Part shown: piece after piece, positions 1 to 10,999 of the stretch
Position numbering within the stretch: the first letter of the stretch is position 1
How the letters are laid out: each line of letters opens with the position of its first letter
Origin: Thainema sp.
GTDB lineage: Bacteria > Cyanobacteriota > Cyanobacteriia > Phormidesmidales > Phormidesmidaceae
NCBI GenBank assembly: GCA_052168235.1
Contig: JBQLZK010000026.1
Span: 20,370-84,369, forward strand
Length of the DNA stretch: 64,000 nucleotides
Reading direction: 5' to 3'
Notes under the pieces: model-generated
Database searches by the model: none
Told to the model about the DNA's origin: nothing
The model's input: only the letters and a program-made list of their open reading frames with translations
Translations under genes and position numbers: made by a program

Positions 1-1
1 C

Positions 2-475
2 GTTTTTGGCAATGTTGTGGATACGATTATTCGGCAGGCCGCCTGTGAAGTGGTACTGATCCGTTTAGGAAACTCCTTATCTTTTAACCGCTGGTTGATT
101 CCGGTATCGGGTGGGCCGAACGTACTGCGAGCCGTCGAGTTGATTCCAGCCCTAATCAGCTTAGGGGATCATACAGAAGCTGTTGTGTGCCAGGTTTTCA
201 CCCCTGACCAAAAGAAAATTCAGCGGACGGAAAGCATGATTTATGTCATGCAGTCTTTGAATCCAGTTTTCGACGGGCGCATGATCCCTCTCTGTTTGGT
301 GGGAGACTCAGTGCCACACAAAATTTTGAGCACAGCCGATCGGTATCAGACCGATGTGATTGTGATGGGAGCTAGTCGTGAAAGCCTACTAAAACAAGCT
401 ATTGGGGGCAATATTCCAGAAAACATTGCTAAAAACAGTCCCTGTACCGTCATTTTGGTTCGCGGAGCAGAGTAA
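2..475 (+). CDS. C-terminal universal stress protein (USP) domain(s) of a protein that starts upstream of the window (partial)
   Basis: Frame is open from the window start (VFGNVVDTIIRQAACEVV). USP motifs LIPVSGGPN, DVIVMGASRE and GNIPENIAKNSPCTVILVR. Confidence 0.75.
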   Translation, partial: VFGNVVDTIIRQAACEVVLIRLGNSLSFNRWLIPVSGGPNVLRAVELIPALISLGDHTEAVVCQVFTPDQKKIQRTESMIYVMQSLNPVFDGRMIPLCLVGDSVPHKILSTADRYQTDVIVMGASRESLLKQAIGGNIPENIAKNSPCTVILVRGAE

Positions 476-572
476 ACACTATGGCGTGAGATTGTTACAC
501 CAAACTTCTCTGATTAAAAATAAACCGCCATAATTAAAGAGCAGGTGCATAGTATTTCTATTTCCTAGATGA

Positions 573-686
573 CTAGTGTTGTGCCCAATCAGTTTTGATG
601 ATTCAGTTCTGATGGTTGATGTGCCGCGCAGAGCGTGGCACATCAACCATCAGAACCCAGCCAAATAAAAGCTGGCAAACTACTAG
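573..686. mobile_element. MITE-like element with a central 24-bp-stem hairpin
   Basis: Hairpin 606-656 (gttctgatggttgatgtgcc / ggcacatcaaccatcagaac, 3-nt loop). Imperfect terminal IRs ctagtgttgtgcc...ggcaaactactag, with CTAG at both ends. Confidence 0.55.
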
Positions 687-923
687 ATTCAGTTGCAAAT
701 CAGGGTCTTCTCACTGCACAGATTAGCTACTGCTCATACACACCTTGAATTTTCCTGCTACACCCCAGAATGCTCTGTTGTGGGTACTACACACCCTCTG
801 AATTGTGGGCTAGGATGCAGCAAAGTCCCGCATTTCTGGCTCTGTTATACCAAGTCTGTAGTGGTTTTCAGCAGACTTGATCCTGGAGGTTCAACGATTC
901 TTCCCTGATTTAGAGGTTTTTTC

Positions 924-3005
924 ATGGCGCTTCAGTCAGCGAGTCAGCTTGTACGGTCGGCATGGAGCAAACTGAAGCAAACTGTCTTTCCTCGCAATGC
1001 GTTAGGAATTCAGGGCGTTTTAGTAGCCGCGATTCTGATTACGGGTGGAACATGGGCCGTTCGCTACTGGGATGGACTACAGGCATTAGAACTCAAAGTT
1101 TACGATCGATTTATGCGGGTGCGATCGCAACTGGAGCCCGACCACCGCATCTTAATCGTCGGGATTACGGAAGTTGATCTGCGACGATTCCAGCGCTCAA
1201 CCCTTTCGGATAAAGATCTAGCCCAAGTTCTTCAGCTCATTCAGCGGCAGCAGCCTGCCGTGATTGGCTTAGACCTCTACCGCGATGTGCCTCAACATGT
1301 TGGTTTATCGGAACTCCGACCTCAATTGCAGGCCGAGAACCTGATTGCGATTACGCTGATCGGTGACGATGAAAATACAAGCGTGCCGCCACCGCCCAAT
1401 GTGCCCGAGGAGCGGGTAGGGTTCAATGATTTAATCAATGATTCAGATGGGGTTGTGCGACGCAATTTGCTGTTTGGTGCAACGCCGGACGGTACAGTTT
1501 ATTACTCATTTAGTCTGAGAGTTGCGATCGCATATTTAGCTCAGCAAAACATCCTACCCAAGCCCAGTGACCAGAATCCAGAATATCTCCAGCTTGGAGC
1601 AGCCACGTTTGAACCGCTGAAGCAGAATTCCGGCGCGTATAAAACGGTGGATGACGCTGGCTATCAGATTTTACTCAACTATCGAGCCGATACCGCACCT
1701 GCTCGCATTGTGTCGGTATCCGATATTCTGACTCGCAAGGTGCCTCCGGAATGGATCGAAGACCAAATTGTACTGATTGGCACAGTTGCACCCAGCAGCA
1801 AAGACCTCTTCTTCACACCCTATTCCGCTGGTAATTCAGTGGAATCCAAAATGGCCGGTATCAACGTCCATGCCCAAATGGTAAGCCAGTTCTTGGATGC
1901 GGCTACGGGTGAGCGTGATCTGTTTACATACTGGCCGGAATGGGCAGAGTTCGGCTGGATGCTGGCCTGGGCTCTGCTGGGCGGTACAGTCGCTTGGCAA
2001 ATTCGCCATACGCTGGTGCTGATTGGCGTGGCGGCAGTGACAGCGGGTGGGCTAGTTCTAGTTAGTTACGGCATTTTTCAGCAGGGCGTCTGGATTCCGG
2101 TTGTGGCTCCTCTGATTGCAATGGGGGCAACCGAAGCGGCAATGGTCACCTATCGGGCACAACAAGCCCAGCGACAGCAGCAGATGGTGATGACGCTACT
2201 GGGCCAAAATACCTCACCGGAAATTGCTCGCGCCCTGTGGGAAAATCGCGAAAACCTGGTTTCGGCGGGTAAATTACCCGGACAAAAGTTAACGGCCACT
2301 CTGCTGTTTTCTGACCTGAAAAATTTCAGTACGATGGCTGAACAGATGCCGCCCGAACAGCTGCTGCTCATCCTCAATCAGTACCTGGGCGAAATGACGG
2401 AGGTAGTGCAATCCAACAACGGCATTATCAATAAGTTTACGGGGGATGGTTTACTGGCCGTTTTTGGCGTGCCCATTGAGCGGATGCAGAAAGAAGAAGT
2501 CGCGACCGATGCCCATAATGCTGTCGTGAGTGCTTTAAAGATGGGCGAACGGCTGCAAACGCTGAATCAAATTTGGCGATCGCAGAATTTACCGGAACTG
2601 CAGATGCGAGTTGGCATTTTTACGGGGCCAATCGTAGCGGGCAGTTTGGGCGGCAAAGACCGCATGGAATATGGCGTGATTGGCGACAGCGTCAATGTAG
2701 CTTCACGGCTTGAGAGCTGCGAGAAACATCGACATAAAGGCGTCTGCCGCATTTTGATTACCAATCACACCTTGGATTTACTCAATGCCGCTCAGTTTGT
2801 AGTCGAAGCTTGGGGCTTAATCGAATTGAAGGGACGACAGCAGCCAGTTCAGGTTTATCAGGTTCTGGATTACGCACCCTATCCCCACTGCCCTCTAGAA
2901 GAAACAGCCGATCAGAGTTTACCTGCGCAGGATTTAACTGAAACACCCAGCGCGGCTGAATCAGCATTGAGCACCTATGACGCTCGCGATCCAGAAGTCA
3001 TGTAG
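924..3005 (+). CDS. CHASE2-domain class III adenylate cyclase
   Basis: N-terminal CHASE2 (VIGLDLYRD, DGVVRR, IVLIG) and three TM helices. Cyclase motifs LFSDLKNFS, INKFTGDG and VIGDSVNVASR; the K and D specificity residues indicate ATP. Confidence 0.88.
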   Translation: MALQSASQLVRSAWSKLKQTVFPRNALGIQGVLVAAILITGGTWAVRYWDGLQALELKVYDRFMRVRSQLEPDHRILIVGITEVDLRRFQRSTLSDKDLAQVLQLIQRQQPAVIGLDLYRDVPQHVGLSELRPQLQAENLIAITLIGDDENTSVPPPPNVPEERVGFNDLINDSDGVVRRNLLFGATPDGTVYYSFSLRVAIAYLAQQNILPKPSDQNPEYLQLGAATFEPLKQNSGAYKTVDDAGYQILLNYRADTAPARIVSVSDILTRKVPPEWIEDQIVLIGTVAPSSKDLFFTPYSAGNSVESKMAGINVHAQMVSQFLDAATGERDLFTYWPEWAEFGWMLAWALLGGTVAWQIRHTLVLIGVAAVTAGGLVLVSYGIFQQGVWIPVVAPLIAMGATEAAMVTYRAQQAQRQQQMVMTLLGQNTSPEIARALWENRENLVSAGKLPGQKLTATLLFSDLKNFSTMAEQMPPEQLLLILNQYLGEMTEVVQSNNGIINKFTGDGLLAVFGVPIERMQKEEVATDAHNAVVSALKMGERLQTLNQIWRSQNLPELQMRVGIFTGPIVAGSLGGKDRMEYGVIGDSVNVASRLESCEKHRHKGVCRILITNHTLDLLNAAQFVVEAWGLIELKGRQQPVQVYQVLDYAPYPHCPLEETADQSLPAQDLTETPSAAESALSTYDARDPEVM

Positions 3006-4059
3006 AGCTCGAGGTGGAGTCGTCAGCAACGCCCTTGTAGTGCAATAGGTTCTGTCGCTTGCGGCGAGCAATCGCCTGCAGGTCAACGCCGCGATCGGTT
3101 TCATCGACAATTTCATCCGTCAGTACTTCCAGCACGTCCTCTAGCGTGACGACACCCGATACGCCGCCATACTCATCGAGCACAATCGCTAAGTGCTCCC
3201 GGTTGGACTGAAAGGTTTTCAGCAGCCGATCGGCTCGAATCGTTTCGGGCACAAAGCGAGCCGGACGAGCCAAATCGGTAATCAGCTGCTGGCCGTCCTG
3301 CTCAATTAGCGCGGTCAGTAAATCATCTTTCAGCGCCACACCGCGCACCTGATCAATGGATTGGTCAATCACCACGATGCGGCTATGTTGTGAAGCAATA
3401 ATCTCAGCCTGAGCCTCCAACAAGCTAATGTCGCCACGCAGATAGGTAAGAACGACCCGTGGCGTCATCAAATCAGCGGCAGTCACATCATTCAGGTGAA
3501 AAATCCGCTGAATCATCTCCGCTTCGTCTTCTTCGATGATGCCCTCTTGCCGACCCAATTTGGCGAGAAATCGAATTTCGGCTTCGTTGGTAATCGGCAT
3601 CTTTTGACCGTGAGTGAACGGCGACATGATGGTTTCAATCAGCCAAACGATGGGGCCAAACACTAAGCTCAAGGTTTGCAGCGGTTGAGCCGCTACCAGA
3701 GCAATGACTTCCGCATTTTGTTCTCCCAGTGTTTTCGGCAGGATCTCGCCCAGGATAATAATCAAAAATGTGAAAACACCAGAAACAACCCCTAACCAAG
3801 CATCTCCCAGGACTGAGGCTGTCACCTGCCCCACAATAATACTGCCGATGATGTTGAAAATATTGTTGAGGATAACAATCGTGGCAATGGGGCGGTTAAT
3901 ATTCTCGCGAATCTTCAAAAGTGCGATCGCAGTTCGCTGTCCCGACTGAGCCAGTTGACGCACCCGCAGAACGGGCACCGACAAAATAGCGGTTTCAGTC
4001 CCCGAACAAATGGCTGATCCCAAAATAACGACTAGAATGACGAAAACAATTTGCAGCAT
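2998..4059 (-). CDS. CNNM/CorC-HlyC family protein (DUF21 plus CBS pair)
   Basis: SGTETAILS, GEILPKTLG, MTPR and DEYGGVSGVVTLEDVLE motifs. Overlaps the cyclase 3' end convergently by 8 bp. Confidence 0.88.
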   Translation of the reverse strand: MLQIVFVILVVILGSAICSGTETAILSVPVLRVRQLAQSGQRTAIALLKIRENINRPIATIVILNNIFNIIGSIIVGQVTASVLGDAWLGVVSGVFTFLIIILGEILPKTLGEQNAEVIALVAAQPLQTLSLVFGPIVWLIETIMSPFTHGQKMPITNEAEIRFLAKLGRQEGIIEEDEAEMIQRIFHLNDVTAADLMTPRVVLTYLRGDISLLEAQAEIIASQHSRIVVIDQSIDQVRGVALKDDLLTALIEQDGQQLITDLARPARFVPETIRADRLLKTFQSNREHLAIVLDEYGGVSGVVTLEDVLEVLTDEIVDETDRGVDLQAIARRKRQNLLHYKGVADDSTSSST

Positions 4060-4152
4060 GAACGATATTAACGACCCATAGAATCCCCTTTGACCATCAC
4101 AGCAGAACTGCTTCCGGTTTGCCTGAATCGTTCACGTATTGTCACCTGTTGC

Positions 4153-5424
4153 CTACTCGTCAAGCCAGTCGTCCCAGTCTTCTTCATTTGCTAGATTATC
4201 GATATCGTAGCGGAGTTCTTGCAGGGCTTGATTTTGCGATTTGCGGGACGTGCGGCGATATTTTTTGGGGGAGAGCTTTGGCTCATGCTGGAGCTGGCCG
4301 GACTGACTGTTTTTGACTTTGACCGTTGATTCCTGATCCGCTCGCTGCTCTAAACTCTGCTGATATGCGATCGCATCGTCTAAAAAAGCCAAATAGTGCT
4401 CGTAGCGCTCCCAATCGTCCGAAAGGGCACAGTTGGGTTCGTCTCGATGCAAACAATCACTAAATTGACAAGATTGATCGGTTAGCTGCTGCCGTGCTTC
4501 TGGAAAATAACTCACCAGTTCCCGTGGCATACACTGCAAATCGGGTTGATTAAATCCCGGTGTATCGGCGAGCAATCCACCATCTGGTAGCTCAAATAGC
4601 TCCACATGGCGCGTCGTATGGCGACCTCGTCCCAATTTGCCTGACACACGTCCCGTGCGCAGGTCGGCTTCAGGAATCAACCGATTAATTAAGCTCGACT
4701 TGCCTACTCCAGATGGCCCCGATATGACCGTCACGTGCTGCTTGAGCTGGTCAGTCAGCTGAGTGAGTCCTTCTTCTGTGCTGGCACTGACAAATAAGGG
4801 AGCATAGCCCCACTGTTCCAGCCGATTACGCCACTCCTGCCGCTGTTCGGTGGAAGCCAAATCGCACTTATTGAGGCAGATTTGCACGGTCAGCTGGGTT
4901 GTTTCCGCCTTGACGAGAAATCGGCTCAACTGCCACGGCTCCGGTGGCGGTTCATCCAAGGCAAATACCAGCAGAATTTGGTCGGCATTGGCAACTGGGG
5001 GACGATCTAGCTCTGTTGTGCGAGGATGCACAACTGCGATCGCACCTCGTTCTCCTTCCCAATCCGGCTCTTCGACAGTGACGCGGTCACCGACCATGAC
5101 CTGCTGACCGATTTTCTTCAGCAGTGTCCGGCGGGTACACAGCAGCATCGTCGGTTGATCAGGAACCATAGACAAATCTGCTACTGCCGGATCTAAGCGA
5201 ACCCAGTAGTAATTGGCCTGTACAGCTAAAACAGTGCCGATTAGATCCGTTGCGGCTTGCGTCGGGTCACTATCGGACGTATCGCTCGCAGGTGTGACGG
5301 GTAGAGGGGGTAAGTTGCGATCGCAATTCTGATCTCCATTATCGCCAGCATGGCCCTGACCAGCCGATGAATTGGAGTCAGCCTGCGAGTTAAACTGCGT
5401 GTAGCTCGGCATCATACCGGGCAA
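4153..5424 (-). CDS. rsgA: Small ribosomal subunit biogenesis GTPase RsgA (start may be further downstream)
   Basis: Circularly permuted GTPase motifs NKCD, GPSGVGKSS, GRHTT and DTPG; Zn finger CQFSDCLHRDEPNC. Confidence 0.93.
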   Translation of the reverse strand: MPGMMPSYTQFNSQADSNSSAGQGHAGDNGDQNCDRNLPPLPVTPASDTSDSDPTQAATDLIGTVLAVQANYYWVRLDPAVADLSMVPDQPTMLLCTRRTLLKKIGQQVMVGDRVTVEEPDWEGERGAIAVVHPRTTELDRPPVANADQILLVFALDEPPPEPWQLSRFLVKAETTQLTVQICLNKCDLASTEQRQEWRNRLEQWGYAPLFVSASTEEGLTQLTDQLKQHVTVISGPSGVGKSSLINRLIPEADLRTGRVSGKLGRGRHTTRHVELFELPDGGLLADTPGFNQPDLQCMPRELVSYFPEARQQLTDQSCQFSDCLHRDEPNCALSDDWERYEHYLAFLDDAIAYQQSLEQRADQESTVKVKNSQSGQLQHEPKLSPKKYRRTSRKSQNQALQELRYDIDNLANEEDWDDWLDE

Positions 5425-5675
5425 CGGACGTGCAGGACAAAGTAGCCCGTTTGCTCATCCAGGCGCTCAATACTGTAACCTTCCATCTTGAGGCTATCAG
5501 GCACCTGCTCAATTGGTTCGCCGGGATCCAGCCAGACTTCCAACAGTGAACCCGGTGACAATTGTTCTAAGCGCAGTTTGGTGCGCACAAAATTAATTGG
5601 GCAGGGTGTGCCGCGCAGATCAAGCTGATCGTCTGGAGCCTTCGCGGCAGAATTACCAGCAGAGGGTGAAATCAT
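5412..5675 (-). CDS. TusA/SirA family sulfur carrier protein
   Basis: LDLRGTPCPINF motif; 87 aa. Confidence 0.88.
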   Translation of the reverse strand: MISPSAGNSAAKAPDDQLDLRGTPCPINFVRTKLRLEQLSPGSLLEVWLDPGEPIEQVPDSLKMEGYSIERLDEQTGYFVLHVRCPV

Positions 5676-5690
5676 GATGTAAATGCAGCC

Positions 5691-6830
5691 TTATCCACGA
5701 AATAAATCGCCTAAAAAGCCAAGATGGCCTTTCCCCACTCGATCACCCCGCAGCTTGGCTAATTTTTCGAGCAGCTCACGTTCTTCGGATGAAATACGGT
5801 TGGGAATTTCGACGTTAACAGTGATGCGATGATCGCCTCGGCTAACCGGATTGCCCAAACGAGGAACGCCTCGGTTTTCTAAGGTTAGTATCGTGCCAGG
5901 TTGGGTTCCGGATGGCACCTGTAGTTCTTCTTTGCCATCGACGGTTTCAACTTCCATCCGACAGCCTAAAATGGCCTGCAGATAACTAATATCAACCTCT
6001 GAGAGGATATCAATGCCGTCTCGCTGGAAGGTGGAATCGCTGTTAACAAATAGATAAACGTATAGATCTCCCGGTGGGCCACCCCGCTTACCCGCGTCAC
6101 CTTCGCTGGCGACTCGCAAACGGGTGCCGTTGTCCACACCCGCTGGAATGGTGATTTTCAGGCGCTTCGTCCGCTGTACCTGCCCGCTACCGTGACAGGT
6201 TTCGCATTTCTCTTCAATCACCTGACCGCTACCCGTACAGGTCGGACAAACTGAAACTTGAGTAAAACTACCAAACGGCGTACGAGCGGCCCGTCTAACT
6301 TGACCAGAGCCGCCACAGGTTGTGCAGGCCCGTGGGCGAGTGCCAGGTTTTGCGCCCGAACCATCACAGGTATTACAGCTCTCCAAGTGATTAATTGGAA
6401 TTTCTTTATCACCGCCAAATACGGCTTCTTTAAAGTCAAGCTTCAGATCAAGCCGCAGATCTTCACCCCGTACTGGGCCACTGCGCCGTCGTGCTGATGT
6501 ACCCGCACCTGCACTGCCACCTGCAAAACCGCTGAAGAAACTTTCAAAGATATCTGCGAAACCGCCCATGTCGCCAAAGTCGCTAAATCCAGCGCCAGCG
6601 CTAGCAGCGGAACCAACGCCTGCCTCGCCGAAGCGGTCATAGCGCGATCGCATTTCGGGTTCAGATAGAACTTCGTAGGCCCGATTAATCTCTTTAAACG
6701 TCTCCTCCGCCCCATCCTCTTTGTTGACATCTGGATGATACTTCCGAGCTAAGCGGCGATAGGCACGCTTGATTTCATCTTTGTCAGCATCCCGAGAAAC
6801 GCCAAGCAGTTCGTAGTAATCACGGGCCAT
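5691..6830 (-). CDS. dnaJ: Molecular chaperone DnaJ (class I)
   Basis: J domain with HPD, G/F region and four CxxCxGxG repeats. Confidence 0.97.
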   Translation of the reverse strand: MARDYYELLGVSRDADKDEIKRAYRRLARKYHPDVNKEDGAEETFKEINRAYEVLSEPEMRSRYDRFGEAGVGSAASAGAGFSDFGDMGGFADIFESFFSGFAGGSAGAGTSARRRSGPVRGEDLRLDLKLDFKEAVFGGDKEIPINHLESCNTCDGSGAKPGTRPRACTTCGGSGQVRRAARTPFGSFTQVSVCPTCTGSGQVIEEKCETCHGSGQVQRTKRLKITIPAGVDNGTRLRVASEGDAGKRGGPPGDLYVYLFVNSDSTFQRDGIDILSEVDISYLQAILGCRMEVETVDGKEELQVPSGTQPGTILTLENRGVPRLGNPVSRGDHRITVNVEIPNRISSEERELLEKLAKLRGDRVGKGHLGFLGDLFRG

Positions 6831-6994
6831 AGAGCAGCAGTATTAAGGGCTAGGATTTACAACAGTCAATTACAACAATGAGTCAGACAACCAATCCGGC
6901 AATTACAGATTGATTAGCCTGCTAAGAGTCTAGGATAGCGAGAATGGTGACGTTCAAGAAAGCCCCAACAGATGGTGGAAACCGAACCTCGACC

Positions 6995-8956
6995 TTAGTC
7001 GATGGCCTCGTAGTCGGCTGTTACCGTCGCATCATTTGAGAAATCGTAATCATCATCATCGGGATCAGGGACATCATCGGGATGAATACTATCTGATGCC
7101 ACCTCGGTCGGAGCCTCTTCAAACATTTCCCCCTCGCCCATATCGCCTGCGGACTGATAAACCGATGTGCCGACTGTCATTAGAGTCTGCTGCAGTGCAT
7201 TGAGGCAGGCCTGTAAATCTTCTGGCGTCACATTCCGATCTGCGATCGCAGCCCGCAGTTCCGAAACCCGCTCTGCGGCTAGAGCCTTTAGCTCATCACT
7301 AATGACATCAGCGTTATCCCGCATTGTGGTTTCGTAGCTGTAGAAGAGGTTGTCGGCCTGATTCTTCAGCTCAGCCACTCGAATTCGCCGCTGGTCTTCG
7401 TCGGCATAAACTTCAGCTTCCTGCCGCATCCGCTCAACCTCAGTCTGGCTCAGACCACCCGTATTGGTAATCCGGATGCTCTGCTCACGACCTGTGCCTT
7501 TATCACGAGCGGCAACCTGTAGAATCCCGTCCGCATCAATCTCGAATGCGACTTCGATTTGCGGAATCCCGCGTGGCGCTGGTGGAATCCCGGTCAACTG
7601 GAACTTACCGAGGCTCTTATTGTCTTTTGCCATCGCCCGCTCACCTTGCAGGACGTGAATCTCAACCGACGTTTGTCCATCCGTTGCGGTCGAAAATGTT
7701 TGCGTCTTGCTAGTGGGAATTGTAGTGTTGCGCTCAATCACCTTCGTAAAGACTTCCCCAAGGGTTTCAATGCCCAACGAGAGCGGCGTCACGTCCAGCA
7801 GCAGCAGGTCTTTGACTTCTCCACCCAAAACGCCAGCCTGGATAGCCGCACCTAATGCAACCGCTTCATCTGGATTAACGGAGCGGTCAGGCGTCTTACC
7901 GTTAAAATAGCCCGTGATCGCAGCCTGTACGGCTGGAATCCGCGTTGAACCACCAACCAAAATAATTCGATCAATGTCGTCCGTAGTTAGCTCACAGTCT
8001 TTCAGGGCTTGAGCGACAGGTTCGAGAGTGCCATCGATTAGCTCCTTAGCTAATTCCTCAAACTTGGCACGAGTCAGATCCATTTCTAGGTGCTTTGGCC
8101 CCGTTTCATCTGCTGTGATGAAAGGAAGATTAATCGGCGTGGACACCATGCTAGATAATTCAATTTTGGCTTTTTCCGCTGCTTCACGCAGTCGCTGAAG
8201 TGCCATTTTGTCGGTCGATAAGTCAACACCTTCCTGTTCCCGAAAGGCATCGATCATCCAGCGAACAATAACGTTGTCGAAATCATCTCCACCCAAGTGG
8301 TTGTTACCAGCCGTGGCCTTAACCTCGAAAACCCCGTCTCCTAGTTGCAGCACAGATACGTCAAACGTACCACCACCCAAGTCAAACACAAGGACGGTTT
8401 GGTCTTGATCCTGCTTATCTAGACCGTAGGAGAGCGCTGCGGCTGTAGGCTCGTTGATAATCCGTAGTACTTCTAAACCCGCAATCGTTCCAGCATCTTT
8501 GGTGGCCTGTCGTTGGGCATCAGTAAAATAAGCTGGCACTGTAATTACAGCTTGAGTAGCGGTTTCTCCCAAATAACTTTCAGCATCCTGCTTCAATTTC
8601 TGCAGGATCATAGAAGAAATTTCTTGAGGAGTATAAGTTTGTCCCCGCACCTGCACATCAACGGTTTGATCTCGGCCCGTTACACAGGTGTAAGAAACGC
8701 GTGCGCGCTCTGCCTCAGTATCGTCCCACCGTCGGCCAATAAAGCGTTTAATACTGAACACAGTATTTTCTGCATTGGTAACGGCTTGCCGCTTTGCTAG
8801 CTGGCCAACGAGCCGCTCTCCAGATTTACCAAAACCGACAATACTGGGAGTTGTGCGTCCCCCTTCTGTATTTGAAATGACAACAGGTTGGCCTCCTTCG
8901 AGGACGGCGACACAGCTGTTAGTGGTTCCGAGGTCGATACCAATGACTTTTCCCAT
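6995..8956 (-). CDS. dnaK: Molecular chaperone DnaK
   Basis: [19 protein letters not shown] and [14 protein letters not shown] motifs. Confidence 0.98.
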   Translation of the reverse strand: MGKVIGIDLGTTNSCVAVLEGGQPVVISNTEGGRTTPSIVGFGKSGERLVGQLAKRQAVTNAENTVFSIKRFIGRRWDDTEAERARVSYTCVTGRDQTVDVQVRGQTYTPQEISSMILQKLKQDAESYLGETATQAVITVPAYFTDAQRQATKDAGTIAGLEVLRIINEPTAAALSYGLDKQDQDQTVLVFDLGGGTFDVSVLQLGDGVFEVKATAGNNHLGGDDFDNVIVRWMIDAFREQEGVDLSTDKMALQRLREAAEKAKIELSSMVSTPINLPFITADETGPKHLEMDLTRAKFEELAKELIDGTLEPVAQALKDCELTTDDIDRIILVGGSTRIPAVQAAITGYFNGKTPDRSVNPDEAVALGAAIQAGVLGGEVKDLLLLDVTPLSLGIETLGEVFTKVIERNTTIPTSKTQTFSTATDGQTSVEIHVLQGERAMAKDNKSLGKFQLTGIPPAPRGIPQIEVAFEIDADGILQVAARDKGTGREQSIRITNTGGLSQTEVERMRQEAEVYADEDQRRIRVAELKNQADNLFYSYETTMRDNADVISDELKALAAERVSELRAAIADRNVTPEDLQACLNALQQTLMTVGTSVYQSAGDMGEGEMFEEAPTEVASDSIHPDDVPDPDDDDYDFSNDATVTADYEAID

Positions 8957-9326
8957 AATTCAGGGGGTGAATAGCGACAGAGCTAGGAGTAGTAATCACG
9001 TTGAGAATAACTCAACTTTCTTAGGATGGACGTGTTGAGGCCAAGGATTAACATCAGTCAACACAAAACATCCAAGTTTTTTTTCAAACAACTACCAAAC
9101 AACCGTAGTTTGGTGTGAATTACAGGTATCAATGAACTGCCATTTAGGAGCTACATTGATACCTTAATGAGTGCGATCGCAGTTATTTTTTATTATTCAC
9201 AAGGGAATTCATAAATACCGGATTGCACAGCAGCATTTCTGCTACTACTTTTTTAGATGGCTAACTTCAGTACAGTTAGCCAAATTTGACTGGCCAACTA
9301 GTATAAGTTAGCCAAAAGGATACAGC

Positions 9327-10085
9327 TTATTCAGCGGCTGGTTCAGTTTCTGTTCCAGCTTCAGCTGAATTCGGTTCCATGTCTGGGTCAGGTGCAGCAG
9401 CGACCTTCACCATCGCATGCCGCAACACGCGGTCTCCAAGTAGATAACCACGCATTAATTCTTCCATCACGACGCCTTCTTCATACTCCGACGTCGGTTG
9501 GCGCATGACAGCCTCGTGAAGGTTAGGATCAAATTCTTGTCCTTCTGCCCGCATCGGGGCCACACCAATTCGCTTGAGACAATCTACTAGCTGTTTGTAG
9601 ACACTCTGATAACTCTTGTGGATGGTCATTTCCCCTTCCGTCTCGGGCTTAATCTGCGATCGCGCCCGCTCAAAGTTGTCCACAACTGGCAACAGCTCCT
9701 TAATAGTGGAGCATTTAGCTTGAGTTTCCAGGCTTTGCCGCTCCCCTTGAGTGCGCCGCCGGAAATTTTCGAAGTCGGCAGCGATGCGCATATATTGCTG
9801 CGTTCGGTCTTCTAACTGGGCCTTGAGCGACTCAATTTCTTGAGATAAACCTGCGATCGCAGCCATACTTTCTGCATCTTGGGTCGCCGTTCCTTCCGAA
9901 TCAGCGGGTGCGGCTTCCTCTGCCATATCGTCTGTCAATTCTTCGACCGCAGATCGATCGACAGCAGCGGCATCTCCCTCCACAGCAGATTGATGAGCCT
10001 CTACTGGAGTAACGCCCTCGTCCCCCATTGCTGCATCCAAATTGTCCTCTTGGGCATTGTCTAGCCGAATTTCTTCATCCATCAT
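9327..10085 (-). CDS. grpE: Nucleotide exchange factor GrpE
   Basis: ADFENFRRR, FDPNLHEA and GYLLGDRVLRHAMVKV motifs; upstream of dnaK. Confidence 0.96.
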   Translation of the reverse strand: MMDEEIRLDNAQEDNLDAAMGDEGVTPVEAHQSAVEGDAAAVDRSAVEELTDDMAEEAAPADSEGTATQDAESMAAIAGLSQEIESLKAQLEDRTQQYMRIAADFENFRRRTQGERQSLETQAKCSTIKELLPVVDNFERARSQIKPETEGEMTIHKSYQSVYKQLVDCLKRIGVAPMRAEGQEFDPNLHEAVMRQPTSEYEEGVVMEELMRGYLLGDRVLRHAMVKVAAAPDPDMEPNSAEAGTETEPAAE

Positions 10086-10999
10086 CGTTAACTACTAACC
10101 TAATCGCGATTTACTGAGAATGTAAGTCGATCGCTGAACTCTGACGTTCTGTTCTTTGTCATTATATTTTGCCCATGTTAAGACACATCACCTGGACACC
10201 CCAACCCAATGTCTAAATTAATGCCCGATCAGCAAATTAAAGAGGTCTGGAGAGCTGTACTAATCCTGAAGCTGCTTACCCAAACGAGCTGTGCTTTTAC
10301 AACGACATGTACGACACGCTCTTTGGAAAGATGATTCTGGAGTTTTCAAACCAGATGCTGAAAGGCCAGCTAGGCTTTCAACAGTTTGCCCAAATTTCAT
10401 ATATGTTTTACCTCTAAATATAGATTTTCTCTACTTGTTGAGAAGAACTGGTTGAGGAGACTGTTCATTTACACCTTGACATTGCGTCAAGGTGCGTCAC
10501 ACTGAGGGCGCGAGAACCGCTTACTGCTGCATTTGCAAGATTTATTTACAAAGCTTAACCATAATCGTTCACAGAGTCATCTCAGATCTACGCCATCCTT
10601 GTCGGAGGTTAGCCAGCTTCATCTGACCCATCCAAGCCAAATTTTGCCTGATTTTGCTCTATGTCAACGTATGAAATTGCGAAAGTGTGGGAATACTGGA
10701 ATTGTCCTATGAGATCTAAGCGATTATGCTCAGAGCCATCTCCGGATAAACATACGAAAGTTTACTAACGCCATCTCGTTTAAGTAACGATAGACTAGGC
10801 TTATTTCATTACATTGGCGTTGTCATTCATCAACACGGTCTAAATGCTCCCTATTTCATACAGAATCCACTGGTTACAACCTTCGGTTTTCAAGCTAGGC
10901 ATAGCGTAGTTGAGAAATCATTCTGGTACTCTGTAGCCGGATTCAGTATCGCAGGGAATTTTGGGAATATAACTGTAATCAGGATCTTTCGCACTAGCT

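Noticed and set aside
693..908. 71-aa ORF and loose tacac..gaat repeats upstream of the cyclase
   Set aside because: TTG start with no motifs; the repeats are too short and degenerate to support a call.
8957..10999. CIRCE/HrcA operator upstream of dnaK or grpE
   Set aside because: No TTAGCACTC-N9-GAGTGCTAA match was seen.
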